From positions 320,001-384,000 of the forward strand of contig CAVQKE010000003.1 in NCBI GenBank assembly GCA_963713045.1: a stretch of 64,000 nt of DNA, written 5' to 3'. Below, piece after piece: positions 41,312-50,127 of the stretch. Numbering within the stretch: the first letter of the stretch is position 1; each line of letters opens with the position of its first letter. The position numbers were made by a program, and so were the translations under genes. The notes beneath the pieces were generated by a model. The model saw nothing but the letters and a program-made list of their open reading frames with translations, had not been told where the DNA came from and made no database searches. Source of the stretch: an uncultured delta proteobacterium (GTDB lineage Bacteria; Myxococcota; Myxococcia; Myxococcales; Myxococcaceae).

Positions 41312-42805
41312 TCAGGCGTCGGCTGCGGCCGATGGCTCGTCCCGCACCTTCCACGTCGTCCCGGCCGGGCCGTCGCGCAGTTCCACCCCCAAGGTGGCCA
41401 AGGCATCGCGAAGTGCGTCGGCCTGGGCCCAGTCCCGGCCCTTGCGGGCAGCGCTGCGCTCGGCAATGAGCGCCTCAATTCGGCTGCGGTCCAGCCCCCG
41501 GCGCTCCACCAGGCGGTCGCGCCTCCGCTGCAGCCACTGGGCCGGGGGCTGCTGAAAAATTCCCAGCACTTCGGCGAAGGGCCGCACCTGGGTGCGCAGC
41601 TCGGCCAAGGTGCGGGCCACGCGTTCGCGGTCCGCCCCGGGCGGCCCATCGAGGAGGAGGTTTATCTCACCGAAAAGGGCGTGCAAGGGCGCCTGACCCT
41701 CGGCGGCGTTGAAGTCGTCGTCCATGCTGCTTTCGAAGGCGCGCACAAAGCGGCTCGGGTCCCCCAGCGGCTCGGCGGTGTGCGCTTTGGCCGAGCCCAG
41801 CCGCTCGTCCACGCGCACCAGGGTTTCATAGAAGTATTCAAGCCGTCGCTCGGCATCGATGAGGGCCCCGTCGGTGAAGACCAGCGGGTTGCGGTAGTGG
41901 CTGGACAGGAAGAAGAGACGCAGCGCCTCGGCGTCCACCCGGGCCAGTGCGTCGCGCAGCCGCACCACGTTGCCCAGGGACTTGGACATCTTGGCGTGCT
42001 CCATCTCGAGCAGGTTGGCGTGCATCCAAGCCCTGGCCAACGGCACCCCGGCCGCCGCCTCGGACTGGGCAATCTCGTTGTCGTGGTGGGGAAAAATGAG
42101 GTCCAGCCCTCCGCCGTGAATGTCGAAGGGCTGGCCCAGAAGTTTCACCGCCATGGCCGAGCATTCAATGTGCCAGCCCGGGCGCCCCCGTCCCCAGGGT
42201 GCATCCCACGCCGGCTCACCCGGCTTCTCTGCCTTCCACAGGGCGAAGTCGAGGCTGTCCCGTTTGTGCTCGCCCGCCACGGCGCGCTCGCCGGCGCGCA
42301 ATTCGTCAACGTTGCGGTGGGACAGCTTGGCGTAACTCGGCCAGGACGAGACGGAGAAGAAGACGTCGCCGCCGGAGGCGTAAGCGGCGCCGATGTCGAG
42401 CAGCCGCTGCACCAGGGCAAGAATTTCCGGCATGTTGTCCGTCACCCGCGGCGAAAAATCCGGCTGCAGCAGCCCCAGTGCGCGGACGTCCTCCTCAAAG
42501 GCCTGGACATAGCCGTCGGCCAGCCGTCGCGGGTCCTCGCCCGCTTGCAGCGCCGCCTGAATAATTCGGTCGTCGACGTCGGTGAGGTTGCGCACGTAGG
42601 TGACGCGGTAGCCGCGGTAGCGCAAATAACGCACCACGACGTCAAAGGCGGTGAAGGTCCGGGCGTTGCCCAGGTGGACGTAGCTGTAGACAGTCGGTCC
42701 GCAGACATACAGGCGCACCTCGCCTGGGCGCAGGGTGTCCAGCGACTCCTTGCGCTGTGTCAGGGTGTTAAAAAGCTTCAGGTTGGTGGGCTCCGGCGCG
42801 GCCAA
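41312..42805 (-). CDS. cysS: Cysteine--tRNA ligase
   Basis: YVCGPTVY, HLGN, WHIECS, FPHHDNE, KMSKS; TTG start with GAGGAGG. Confidence 0.98.
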   Translation of the reverse strand: MAAPEPTNLKLFNTLTQRKESLDTLRPGEVRLYVCGPTVYSYVHLGNARTFTAFDVVVRYLRYRGYRVTYVRNLTDVDDRIIQAALQAGEDPRRLADGYVQAFEEDVRALGLLQPDFSPRVTDNMPEILALVQRLLDIGAAYASGGDVFFSVSSWPSYAKLSHRNVDELRAGERAVAGEHKRDSLDFALWKAEKPGEPAWDAPWGRGRPGWHIECSAMAVKLLGQPFDIHGGGLDLIFPHHDNEIAQSEAAAGVPLARAWMHANLLEMEHAKMSKSLGNVVRLRDALARVDAEALRLFFLSSHYRNPLVFTDGALIDAERRLEYFYETLVRVDERLGSAKAHTAEPLGDPSRFVRAFESSMDDDFNAAEGQAPLHALFGEINLLLDGPPGADRERVARTLAELRTQVRPFAEVLGIFQQPPAQWLQRRRDRLVERRGLDRSRIEALIAERSAARKGRDWAQADALRDALATLGVELRDGPAGTTWKVRDEPSAAADA

Positions 42806-42879
42806 ACGGCCTCCTCAGGACCTATCCTTCGGACAGACAGGGCTGCATACTAGAACCTCCGCCCCGAAGGGGCGTCTCC

Positions 42880-43617
42880 ATGGCTCCGCCCAACCCCAAG
42901 CGTCCGCCGCGCCCTCGCACCCCACCGGACGACAATGAGACGTCGGACGAGGGCGAGTTGCCCTTCGATGAACGTGACGCCACGCCGCTGCGCGCCGATG
43001 ACCCCAAGCCGCAGCGGGTAACCACCTACCCGGCGCTGAAGCCGGGCCGGAGCCGCTCACGCGCCCGCGACACTGCGCTGGCCGGCGGCTTCGCCGCCGC
43101 CAGTAGCCTCGGGGCCGACAGTTCCGAAGTCTTCCTCTACGCCGAGCGGGGGCCGGGCGCCGGTCAGCTGTTGCCGATTGCCCCTGGCAGCCTGGTGCTA
43201 GGCCGCAGCAGCAGCGCCGACCTGCGGCTTCCCCACGCCTCCATCAGCCGCCGCCACGCACGGCTGCAGCGCAGGGGCGAGCGGTTCTTCCTCGAGGACC
43301 TGGGCAGCCAGAACGGCACCTACTTGGACGAGGAGCGCCTCTCCGCGGAGCGCGAGGTGCTTCCGGGCCAGCGCATCCACATTGGCCCGGCCGTCCTGCG
43401 TCTGCGACGGCCAGGTGCCCAGGACAGCGGTGCGGAGGAACTGGACGTCCACCCCGACGCCTGGTCTCCCGGCCTTAGCCGCCAGCGCCTGTGGCAGGTG
43501 GCGGTGTTGGCAGGGGCAATCGGCTTTCTCCTGGCAGCGCTTTTGGCGCTTGGGTTGGCCCACTTTCAATCCAGCCCCCCGCCGCGGCCGCCCGAGAGCG
43601 CCGTCCAAGCCCGCTAA
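42880..43617 (+). CDS. FHA-domain membrane protein
   Basis: GR...SISRRHA...DLGSQNGT; C-terminal TM. Confidence 0.9.
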   Translation: MAPPNPKRPPRPRTPPDDNETSDEGELPFDERDATPLRADDPKPQRVTTYPALKPGRSRSRARDTALAGGFAAASSLGADSSEVFLYAERGPGAGQLLPIAPGSLVLGRSSSADLRLPHASISRRHARLQRRGERFFLEDLGSQNGTYLDEERLSAEREVLPGQRIHIGPAVLRLRRPGAQDSGAEELDVHPDAWSPGLSRQRLWQVAVLAGAIGFLLAALLALGLAHFQSSPPPRPPESAVQAR

Positions 43618-44261
43618 GCCGGCCGACCGCCCGAGCGTCGGCGCAGCGCGTGCTTGAACAACCAGGCATTCAGGGCGGCGAAGACGAGCAGAAAGACGGC
43701 CGTCCCCACCGCGCCCCAGTCCTGGCGAGGGCGTTCGCCCTCAAGGACAATCCACAGCTGTCCGTTGACGGGCCGCAGCCCAGGCAGCGCCCGGGCGCCG
43801 AGGAAGGCGTCGCGGTAGGCCGGCGCCTGGGTTTGCCGCAACAGCCGACCGCGTACGGCAAACGGCGTCTGCGCCGGCGGCGGCGGCGGGCGGCCGGCCA
43901 TCCAGGTCTCGGACGGCACCGGCGCCCGGCGGACGAGCAGCGGGGTGTCCAGAAGGCCCACCACCACAAAGGGCCCCTGTCGGTCCTGTCCCCAGAAGGC
44001 GGTGGCCGCTGGGCTTCCGTGCACTTGGACGAAGCGGTTGGAGGCAAGCGCCTCGAAGCGGTAGTCGCCCTCGCGGCCCAGCGTCAGTGGCTCCGACGGC
44101 GACAGGGCGTAAAGGACGTCCGGAAGCTCGCGGTACAGCAGGTAAAGCGCGCCGAGAAGGCACACCAGCGCCACCGGGGCCCGGACCAACGAGGCCCGGC
44201 CTGCGCGCAACCGGGCCTCCAACTCGGCAATGCGCGCGTCACGGGGCTGGGGGACCCGCAT
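43614..44261 (-). CDS. Hypothetical membrane protein (2 TM)
   Basis: TM helices at both ends flanking a beta-rich loop; downstream of cdnL. Confidence 0.7.
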   Translation of the reverse strand: MRVPQPRDARIAELEARLRAGRASLVRAPVALVCLLGALYLLYRELPDVLYALSPSEPLTLGREGDYRFEALASNRFVQVHGSPAATAFWGQDRQGPFVVVGLLDTPLLVRRAPVPSETWMAGRPPPPPAQTPFAVRGRLLRQTQAPAYRDAFLGARALPGLRPVNGQLWIVLEGERPRQDWGAVGTAVFLLVFAALNAWLFKHALRRRSGGRPA

Positions 44262-44309
44262 TGCAAGGGGAAAGGACGGGCGCGGGCGGGCCGCGCCCGG
44301 TGTGTGAAG

Positions 44310-44804
44310 CTAGGGAATGTTGAAGATGCTCTTGAGGTCGGCTTCGATGGCGTCCTCGGTGCAATTCTTCGCCAGCGAGAGTTCCTTGATGAGGAGCGCG
44401 CGCGCGGTGTCCAGCATCTTGCGCTCGCCGAAGGAGAGGTCCTTGTCCCCCTTCAAGAGGTAGAGGTCGCGGAGCACTTCGGCAATCTCGAAGACGGAGC
44501 CGGTCTTAATCTTCTCCATGTACTCGCGGTACCGGCGGTTCCAGGTGGTGGAGTCGACCGAGATGTCCTTCTCGCGGAGGATGGCGTACACCTGCTCGAC
44601 GTCCTCCTCGCTGATGATTTCGCGCAGCCCAACCGACCCCACCTTGTTGATGGGAATCATGATGCGCATGCCGTTCTCCAGGATGCGCAGGACGTAGAAC
44701 GACTGGCGCTGGCCGGCGACCTCGGTGTGCTCAATGCCCATCACCTCGCCCACGCCCTGGCCGGGATAAACGGCCTTGTCGCCTGTCTTGAAGCTGGTCT
44801 GCAC
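44310..44804 (-). CDS. cdnL: CarD_CdnL_TRCF family RNA-polymerase-binding factor CdnL
   Basis: 164 aa; GDKAVYPGQGVG, VGLR, WNRRYR, LSFGERKM; no HMGA tail. Confidence 0.93.
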   Translation of the reverse strand: MQTSFKTGDKAVYPGQGVGEVMGIEHTEVAGQRQSFYVLRILENGMRIMIPINKVGSVGLREIISEEDVEQVYAILREKDISVDSTTWNRRYREYMEKIKTGSVFEIAEVLRDLYLLKGDKDLSFGERKMLDTARALLIKELSLAKNCTEDAIEADLKSIFNIP

Positions 44805-45145
44805 GGACGCGACTGCCTCCTGCCGTCAAATGCGGCGGATGTAGGGAAAGCGCTTTCAGTACCATAGGTTGCACCAAGAAACAACCCGTTCCCTTGACGG
44901 GGTGGAAGCGAAAACACTAGCTTCTCGTCTTTCGTGCGCCGTCGGGCCGAGGCGGCGGGTGGCGCCCCCGGGCGTCCTTCACGCAACCACCTTTCGGGCC
45001 TCACCGCCTTTCCCCTTCCAAGCTAGGCAGTGGTTGGGCGGGCGGCTGGGCCCCCAGGGTCGCTTCGGACTTCCACCGTCGCTTCCCCTGGACCCCGACC
45101 CGCTTGGGAAACTCTCAACCAGCGGAATTGTTGGTATTTTTCGGC

Positions 45146-45161
45146 TGGTACGGCGCGTGCT
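45146..45161 (+). promoter_or_regulatory. Putative sigma-54 promoter
   Basis: TGGTACG-GCGC-GTGCT with exact GG-N10-GC spacing, about 75 nt upstream of the HPt-like gene. Confidence 0.6.
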
Positions 45162-45235
45162 TTTACCGGGGCCGTGGGACGTTTCAGCAGCCAGCGACGG
45201 ACAAGCGGCCAAGCAAAGCCGGCACCGGAGGACGG

Positions 45236-45604
45236 GTGAGCGCGCCTGGGCCACTGGACTTGGAGGTTCTGGCGCAGCTGAAAGCGTTGGCCGGGAACCG
45301 GGGCGCCTCGCTGGCCGACGACGCCATTGACGCCTTCCTGAAGGAATGTCCGGCGCGGCTGCGCGGACTGCGCGGCGCCCTGGCCCAGTCGGACTGGCGC
45401 ACCGCGGAGCACAGCGCCCAGGCCCTGCGCGGCATTGCCGCCACGTTGGGCGCGCGCGAGGTGGTGCGTGCCTCCGGCGAGTTGGCGGACGCCCTCGGGC
45501 GGGGCGCGAGCAATAGCGAAGCCGAGGCGCTGCTCAACCAGCTTGCATCGGCCGGCGCCGAGGCCATGGCGGCACTCGCCCAGCAGCGCACGCCGGTCCC
45601 CTAG
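45236..45604 (+). CDS. Stand-alone HPt-like protein (phospho-His replaced by Gln)
   Basis: LDLEVLAQL...IDAFL...AQALRGIAATLGA matches the HPt pattern AHxLKGxxxxLGA; GTG with GGAGG RBS. Confidence 0.8.
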   Translation: MSAPGPLDLEVLAQLKALAGNRGASLADDAIDAFLKECPARLRGLRGALAQSDWRTAEHSAQALRGIAATLGAREVVRASGELADALGRGASNSEAEALLNQLASAGAEAMAALAQQRTPVP

Positions 45605-45649
45605 CGGCCCACGCCCGGGGGCCTTCGGCCGGGAAGGCAGCTTCCGCCC

Positions 45650-46819
45650 TCACTCGAAAACCAGCCAGGCGAAGCGGTTGAGGGCGTGAAAGTCCCCCAC
45701 CCGCGGCGGGGAGAAGGCCAGCCCTTCCACTTCTTTGCGCCCGTGAAGCTCAAGTCGGTACAGGTTGAAGCGCCAGCGGTCTCCCGGGCGGGGGGGAACG
45801 TTGGGGACCGCGGCCAGCCGGGCGATGGGGATGCGCATCTCGACGCGCCACCCCTGGTCGATGTCGCTTGCATCGTTGAGGGTGCCTTGGACGGTGACGG
45901 CGGTGAGGGCCTGCGACTCCCAGGACAGGTCCATCCCCTGACGCCGCTCGGGGAAGTACGCGTCGAAGACGACGTTGGCCGGGCTGACTTCGATTTCGTT
46001 GTAGGTCCGACCATCTCCGTCGGCGTCGATGAAAATCTCCACCACCTCCTGCGTGTAGAGCGGGTCGTCGTGCTTGGTGAAGGTGCTCCACACGTCGGGG
46101 TCCTCGCAGTCGAAGGAGACGTAGAGGTACTGGTCATCCCACAGCAGCCGGGCGGTGGTACGGACCCGCGCTGGGCTGCCGTCCAGGCTGTTGACCAGGT
46201 TGACGGCCGTCGCCTTCGCCCAGGCCGGGTCGTCCAAGACGCCGTCGATGGCGGGCGGCGGCCGGGCCCGCACCACGTGGTACTCCGGAAGCCCAGGGGA
46301 GAGGCTCTCCAAGAGGGGCCCCAGCATGCGGTTTTGCCCGTCCTGAGCGGCCAGCTGGTCCACCGCGAGCCGCTCGTCCCCCCGCCAGAAGCCGAGCAAC
46401 ATCCGCGCCGAGGCAACGCCCGAAGGCAGGGTGACGTCGTGGGTGTCCTCAAACACTTTGCCCACCGGCCAGGACTCCGGGGGTGCGGCGAGGGGATGGT
46501 CTTCATTGGCCAGCATTTGCCCAGTGCGTGGGTCGACCAGGTGGACGAAGAGCCGAAAGCCCGCGGGCAGCGGGCGGAGGGGGACAAACAGGTTCGTCAC
46601 GCGGACCGGCGCACCGGGCGGGGGCCCAACCGGAGCGAGGCGGGCACCGAGGTAGCGCAGCGCTCCATCGCCCAAGGTGGCGCCGCTGGTGAAAGTTAAT
46701 GCGGAGGGACGCGCACCCTCGGTCGCGCCCCCGGGCGCGCGCGCCTTCGGCCCGGCCTGCTCGTCGCGGCAGCCGGCGGTCAGCAGCACCAGGAAGAAAC
46801 CCGTGACAAGTCGGCCCAT
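45650..46819 (-). CDS. Lipoprotein with C-terminal CBM9-like (DOMON) domain
   Basis: Lipobox LTAGC; IDGVLDDPAW, LLWDDQYLYV, EVVEIFID, WRVEMRIP, WRFNLYR. Confidence 0.85.
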   Translation of the reverse strand: MGRLVTGFFLVLLTAGCRDEQAGPKARAPGGATEGARPSALTFTSGATLGDGALRYLGARLAPVGPPPGAPVRVTNLFVPLRPLPAGFRLFVHLVDPRTGQMLANEDHPLAAPPESWPVGKVFEDTHDVTLPSGVASARMLLGFWRGDERLAVDQLAAQDGQNRMLGPLLESLSPGLPEYHVVRARPPPAIDGVLDDPAWAKATAVNLVNSLDGSPARVRTTARLLWDDQYLYVSFDCEDPDVWSTFTKHDDPLYTQEVVEIFIDADGDGRTYNEIEVSPANVVFDAYFPERRQGMDLSWESQALTAVTVQGTLNDASDIDQGWRVEMRIPIARLAAVPNVPPRPGDRWRFNLYRLELHGRKEVEGLAFSPPRVGDFHALNRFAWLVFE

Positions 46820-46915
46820 GGCAGCTGGAGGTTTACCCTACCTGGCGCCGGGCGCTGCTGTGCGACAGCGGTCCCCATGCCGGGGGCGCCACTTTTTGCT
46901 GAAGGCCAGCGGCCT

Positions 46916-47341
46916 TCAGGAACGCTGGGGTGCGAGAGCCGCTTTTTCCACCAACAGCGCCACCAGCCGCCGGTGGTGGGCGAAGAAGCTGGTGAAGTGC
47001 ACGCCTCGGCCTTTGCCGCGGATGGCGTAGACGGTGACGGGCCCGGGCCAGACGTCCAAATGGAGAATGTCGCCGAAGGCGAAGCGCTCGGTGCGCACCA
47101 TGCCCCGGTAGGTGACGCCGCCTGCGTCCACCTCGATGGCAGCGCGCGCGTAGTAGGCGTGGCTGACGCCGAAGAAGGCGACGAAGAAGAGCGCCGAGAG
47201 GAAGGTTTTCAGTGGCACGCCCTGAAACGTCAACAGGTAGACCAACACCGCCACCCACAACAGACCAGCCAGTCCCATCGACACGGCGAGGATGGGGGCT
47301 GGCCGAAACACTTCACGTTGGTTGGCCCCGCGCACTTCCAC
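46916..47341 (-). CDS. Small membrane protein (2 TM plus bacterial-PH-like domain)
   Basis: Two hydrophobic helices then IEVDAGGVTYRG. Confidence 0.65.
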   Translation of the reverse strand: MEVRGANQREVFRPAPILAVSMGLAGLLWVAVLVYLLTFQGVPLKTFLSALFFVAFFGVSHAYYARAAIEVDAGGVTYRGMVRTERFAFGDILHLDVWPGPVTVYAIRGKGRGVHFTSFFAHHRRLVALLVEKAALAPQRS

Positions 47342-47397
47342 CCAACAAGGGTAATGCCAGGGCTGGGGGCGGCGCCATCCCCGAAACGGCCCGCCCT

Positions 47398-48699
47398 TCA
47401 GGGGGCAGCGGGCGGCGCTGGGTTGCCTTGGCTGGCCAGTGCAGCGGACTTCGTCCGTGCCGTGGCCTGCAGCGCGCTCTGCACGTCCGCTGCCGTCGAG
47501 GCGGCGTAGCGGTCGTAATAAATGCGCGCATCGGCTGCTCGGCCGAGCGCCCGGTAGGCTTCCGCCAGCCCGAAAAGGGGCGAGGCGCGGGTGGGGTCGA
47601 GCCGCAGCGCGTCCTGGTAGTCCGCAGCGGCCTCATAAAAGCGGCGGAGGCCGACGTTGGCACTCCCCCGCGCGGTGTAGGCCACAGCCAGCGTGGGGTC
47701 CGCCGCCAGCGCCTCGGTCAGTGCCTGCAGGGCAGCGGGATAGTCGCGCGTCAGCACCAGCCGGACGCCCCTCTCATAGGCTTCGCGGGCCCGGGTCTGC
47801 GGGCTTCCATCCGCCGGCGCGGCCGCGGCGCGAGCCAGCCGGGCGCGGGCCTTGTCCACGTTTTCCTGGGCGCTTTTGCGCACCGCCGGGTCAGTGGACA
47901 ACTGCACGACTCGTTCCCACTTCTCCATGGCCGAGCGGTAGTCCCCCAGCTTGGCCAGTGCGTTGCCCTGCTTGAAGAGGGCCTCCACGCTGGTGGGGTC
48001 GAGTTGGAGCGCGCTCTGGTAGGACTGGACGGAGGCGGCGGCGTTGCCTGCGCGCAGGGCCTTATCCCCCTCGGAGATGAAGGCAGCAGCAGTCAACCCG
48101 GACGGGACCGTCGAAGACACGGCCGGTGCCGCCGCCACGGTGGAGGTGGCCGCCGGCACGGCCGCAGCGGCCAGCTGGGCTTTCAGCTGCGCCACGTATT
48201 CCTTGGCCTTGTCCACCCAGCGCTGTTCGCTGGGACGGCTCTCCAAGGAGAGGTACCTCTCAAAGGCGCGCACCGCCGGCTCGGCCCTGCCTTGGTTGCG
48301 GTAGGACTCGCCGAGGCCGTAGTAGCCGTCCGCGTCGGTCGGGTCGAGCTTGACGTACGTCTCATAGGCCTGGGCCGCCACCGCGAAGTCGCCGTTCTTC
48401 CGCGCCGCGTAGCCGAGGTTGAAGTAGGCCAGCTTGAGGCCCCGGTCGGCGGCAATGGCGGCCTGAAACTTCGTCATCGCCTCGGCCCGCTTGCCTTGAC
48501 GAAACAGTACGCTGCCCAAGCCATTCAGTGCCTCGGCATACTGTGGCGAGGAAGAAAGCGCCTCCTGGTAAGCAGCCGCGGCCTCGTCGAGCTGTCCTGC
48601 CTCCAGCGCCTTCTCGCCGCGCTGGAAAGCGGCGCGCGCCTGCGGCGACACCGGGGTGGCGCCGAGCAGTGCAGCCAGGACGAGTGCCGCCGCCAACAT
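47398..48699 (-). CDS. Exported tetratricopeptide-repeat protein
   Basis: Signal peptide; many TPRs (ALNGLG, AYFNLG, GYYGLG, ALFKQG) with Ala-rich linkers. Confidence 0.9.
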   Translation of the reverse strand: MLAAALVLAALLGATPVSPQARAAFQRGEKALEAGQLDEAAAAYQEALSSSPQYAEALNGLGSVLFRQGKRAEAMTKFQAAIAADRGLKLAYFNLGYAARKNGDFAVAAQAYETYVKLDPTDADGYYGLGESYRNQGRAEPAVRAFERYLSLESRPSEQRWVDKAKEYVAQLKAQLAAAAVPAATSTVAAAPAVSSTVPSGLTAAAFISEGDKALRAGNAAASVQSYQSALQLDPTSVEALFKQGNALAKLGDYRSAMEKWERVVQLSTDPAVRKSAQENVDKARARLARAAAAPADGSPQTRAREAYERGVRLVLTRDYPAALQALTEALAADPTLAVAYTARGSANVGLRRFYEAAADYQDALRLDPTRASPLFGLAEAYRALGRAADARIYYDRYAASTAADVQSALQATARTKSAALASQGNPAPPAAP

Positions 48700-48859
48700 C
48701 CCTCGCCACCTCCAAGGCCAACGCCGAGGGGACTCTCAGCTGCCCCGGGGCATACCGGAAAGGTAGGGCTTGTTGCATCTGTGCGCCGTCAACCAACAGT
48801 GGGCCACGGCCTTCAGAGCGACGCCCCTCGCGAAAACCCCGACGGCAGCGACGCGGGTG

Positions 48860-50017
48860 CTAGGTGCGCTCGATGAGAAGCGTAATCCCCATCCCGTAGC
48901 CGATGCAGAGGGTGACGGCGCCGCGGCGCAGCCCTCGGCGCTCGAGTTCCGAGAGGAGCGTCGCCAGCAGCATGGCACCGGTGGCCCCCAGCGGATGGCC
49001 CAGCGCGATGGCTCCGCCGTTGACGTTGATGCGGTCGGGGGCAATGCCCAACTCTTGGGCCACCGCGATGGGGACCGGGGCGAAGGCCTCGTTAATTTCC
49101 CAGAGGTCGACGTCCTCCACCCGCCAGCCAGCGCGCGCCAGGGCTTTGCGCGTGGACGGGATGGGGCCGGTCAGCATCAGGACGGGGTCCGAGCCAGCGA
49201 CGGCGCAGGTGACAATCCGGGCCCGGGGCGAAAGGCCCAGTCGCTTTGCCGCGGCCTCGGAGGCCACCACCACCGCGGCTGCCCCGTCCACAATGCCGGA
49301 GGAGTTGCCGGCATGGATGACTCCGTCCTCTTGGAAGGCCGGCTTCAGTGCTGCCAGCGTTTGGACGGTGGTGAGAGGCCGCAGATGCTCGTCCACTTGG
49401 AAGTGGCGTTGGCCGCCGTCCTCGGTGGGCACGCGGATGGGGACAATCTCCCTCAGAAAGCGTCCCTCGGCCTGGGCCCGAGCCGCCTTGGCCTGCGACT
49501 CCGCCGAGAATTCGTCGAGCTGGCCCCGCGAGAGGTGCCAGCGGGCCGCCACCAGCTCGGCCGAAAGGCCCTGCGGGACCAGGCCTGGGAAATGGGCGCG
49601 GAGCCCTGGGCTGGTGGGCCCCTCCCCGCCGCCGTAGTCCGAGCCGAGCGGCACCCGAGTCATGGACTCCACGCCGCCGCCGATGGCAACTTCGGCCCGG
49701 CCGGAAAGCACCGCGCAGGCCACGTCGTCCACCGCCTGCAGCCCGCTGCCGCACAGGCGGTTCACGGTTTTCGCCGCCAGGCCAATGGGAAGCCCCGCGG
49801 CAAGGACGGCGCCCCGGGCGACGTTGAGGCCTTGTTCGCCGACCTGCGTCACGCAGCCCAGCACGACGTCATCCACCGCCTCGCTGGAGATGCCGGTTCG
49901 CTCCAGGGCGGCGCGCAGCACCTGCGCCGCGAGGTCCACTGGGTGGACGTTGGCGAGGCTTCCCTTGCGTTTGCCGCGCGCCGAGCGCACGGCGTCGAGG
50001 ATGACGGCGGTGGCCAT
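48860..50017 (-). CDS. Acetyl-CoA C-acyltransferase (thiolase)
   Basis: NRLCGSG, NEAFA, GGAIALGHPLGATG, LCIGYG. Confidence 0.96.
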   Translation of the reverse strand: MATAVILDAVRSARGKRKGSLANVHPVDLAAQVLRAALERTGISSEAVDDVVLGCVTQVGEQGLNVARGAVLAAGLPIGLAAKTVNRLCGSGLQAVDDVACAVLSGRAEVAIGGGVESMTRVPLGSDYGGGEGPTSPGLRAHFPGLVPQGLSAELVAARWHLSRGQLDEFSAESQAKAARAQAEGRFLREIVPIRVPTEDGGQRHFQVDEHLRPLTTVQTLAALKPAFQEDGVIHAGNSSGIVDGAAAVVVASEAAAKRLGLSPRARIVTCAVAGSDPVLMLTGPIPSTRKALARAGWRVEDVDLWEINEAFAPVPIAVAQELGIAPDRINVNGGAIALGHPLGATGAMLLATLLSELERRGLRRGAVTLCIGYGMGITLLIERT

Positions 50018-50127
50018 GGTGTGAGGGGACTTCAGCCCGCAGCTGACTTGGGTGTCAACGCGCCTGGGCCCAGCAGCTGTTGCCCGCCGGCCGCCTTGGC
50101 CTTCGGGCTACCGCGCGCGCCAATGGT

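Noticed and set aside
39599..42853. 1084-aa plus-strand ORF, and other long antisense ORFs such as 10601..12310, 53694-region shadows and 60229..62523
   Set aside because: Shadow ORFs opposite well-supported genes; expected in high-GC DNA and lacking recognisable motifs
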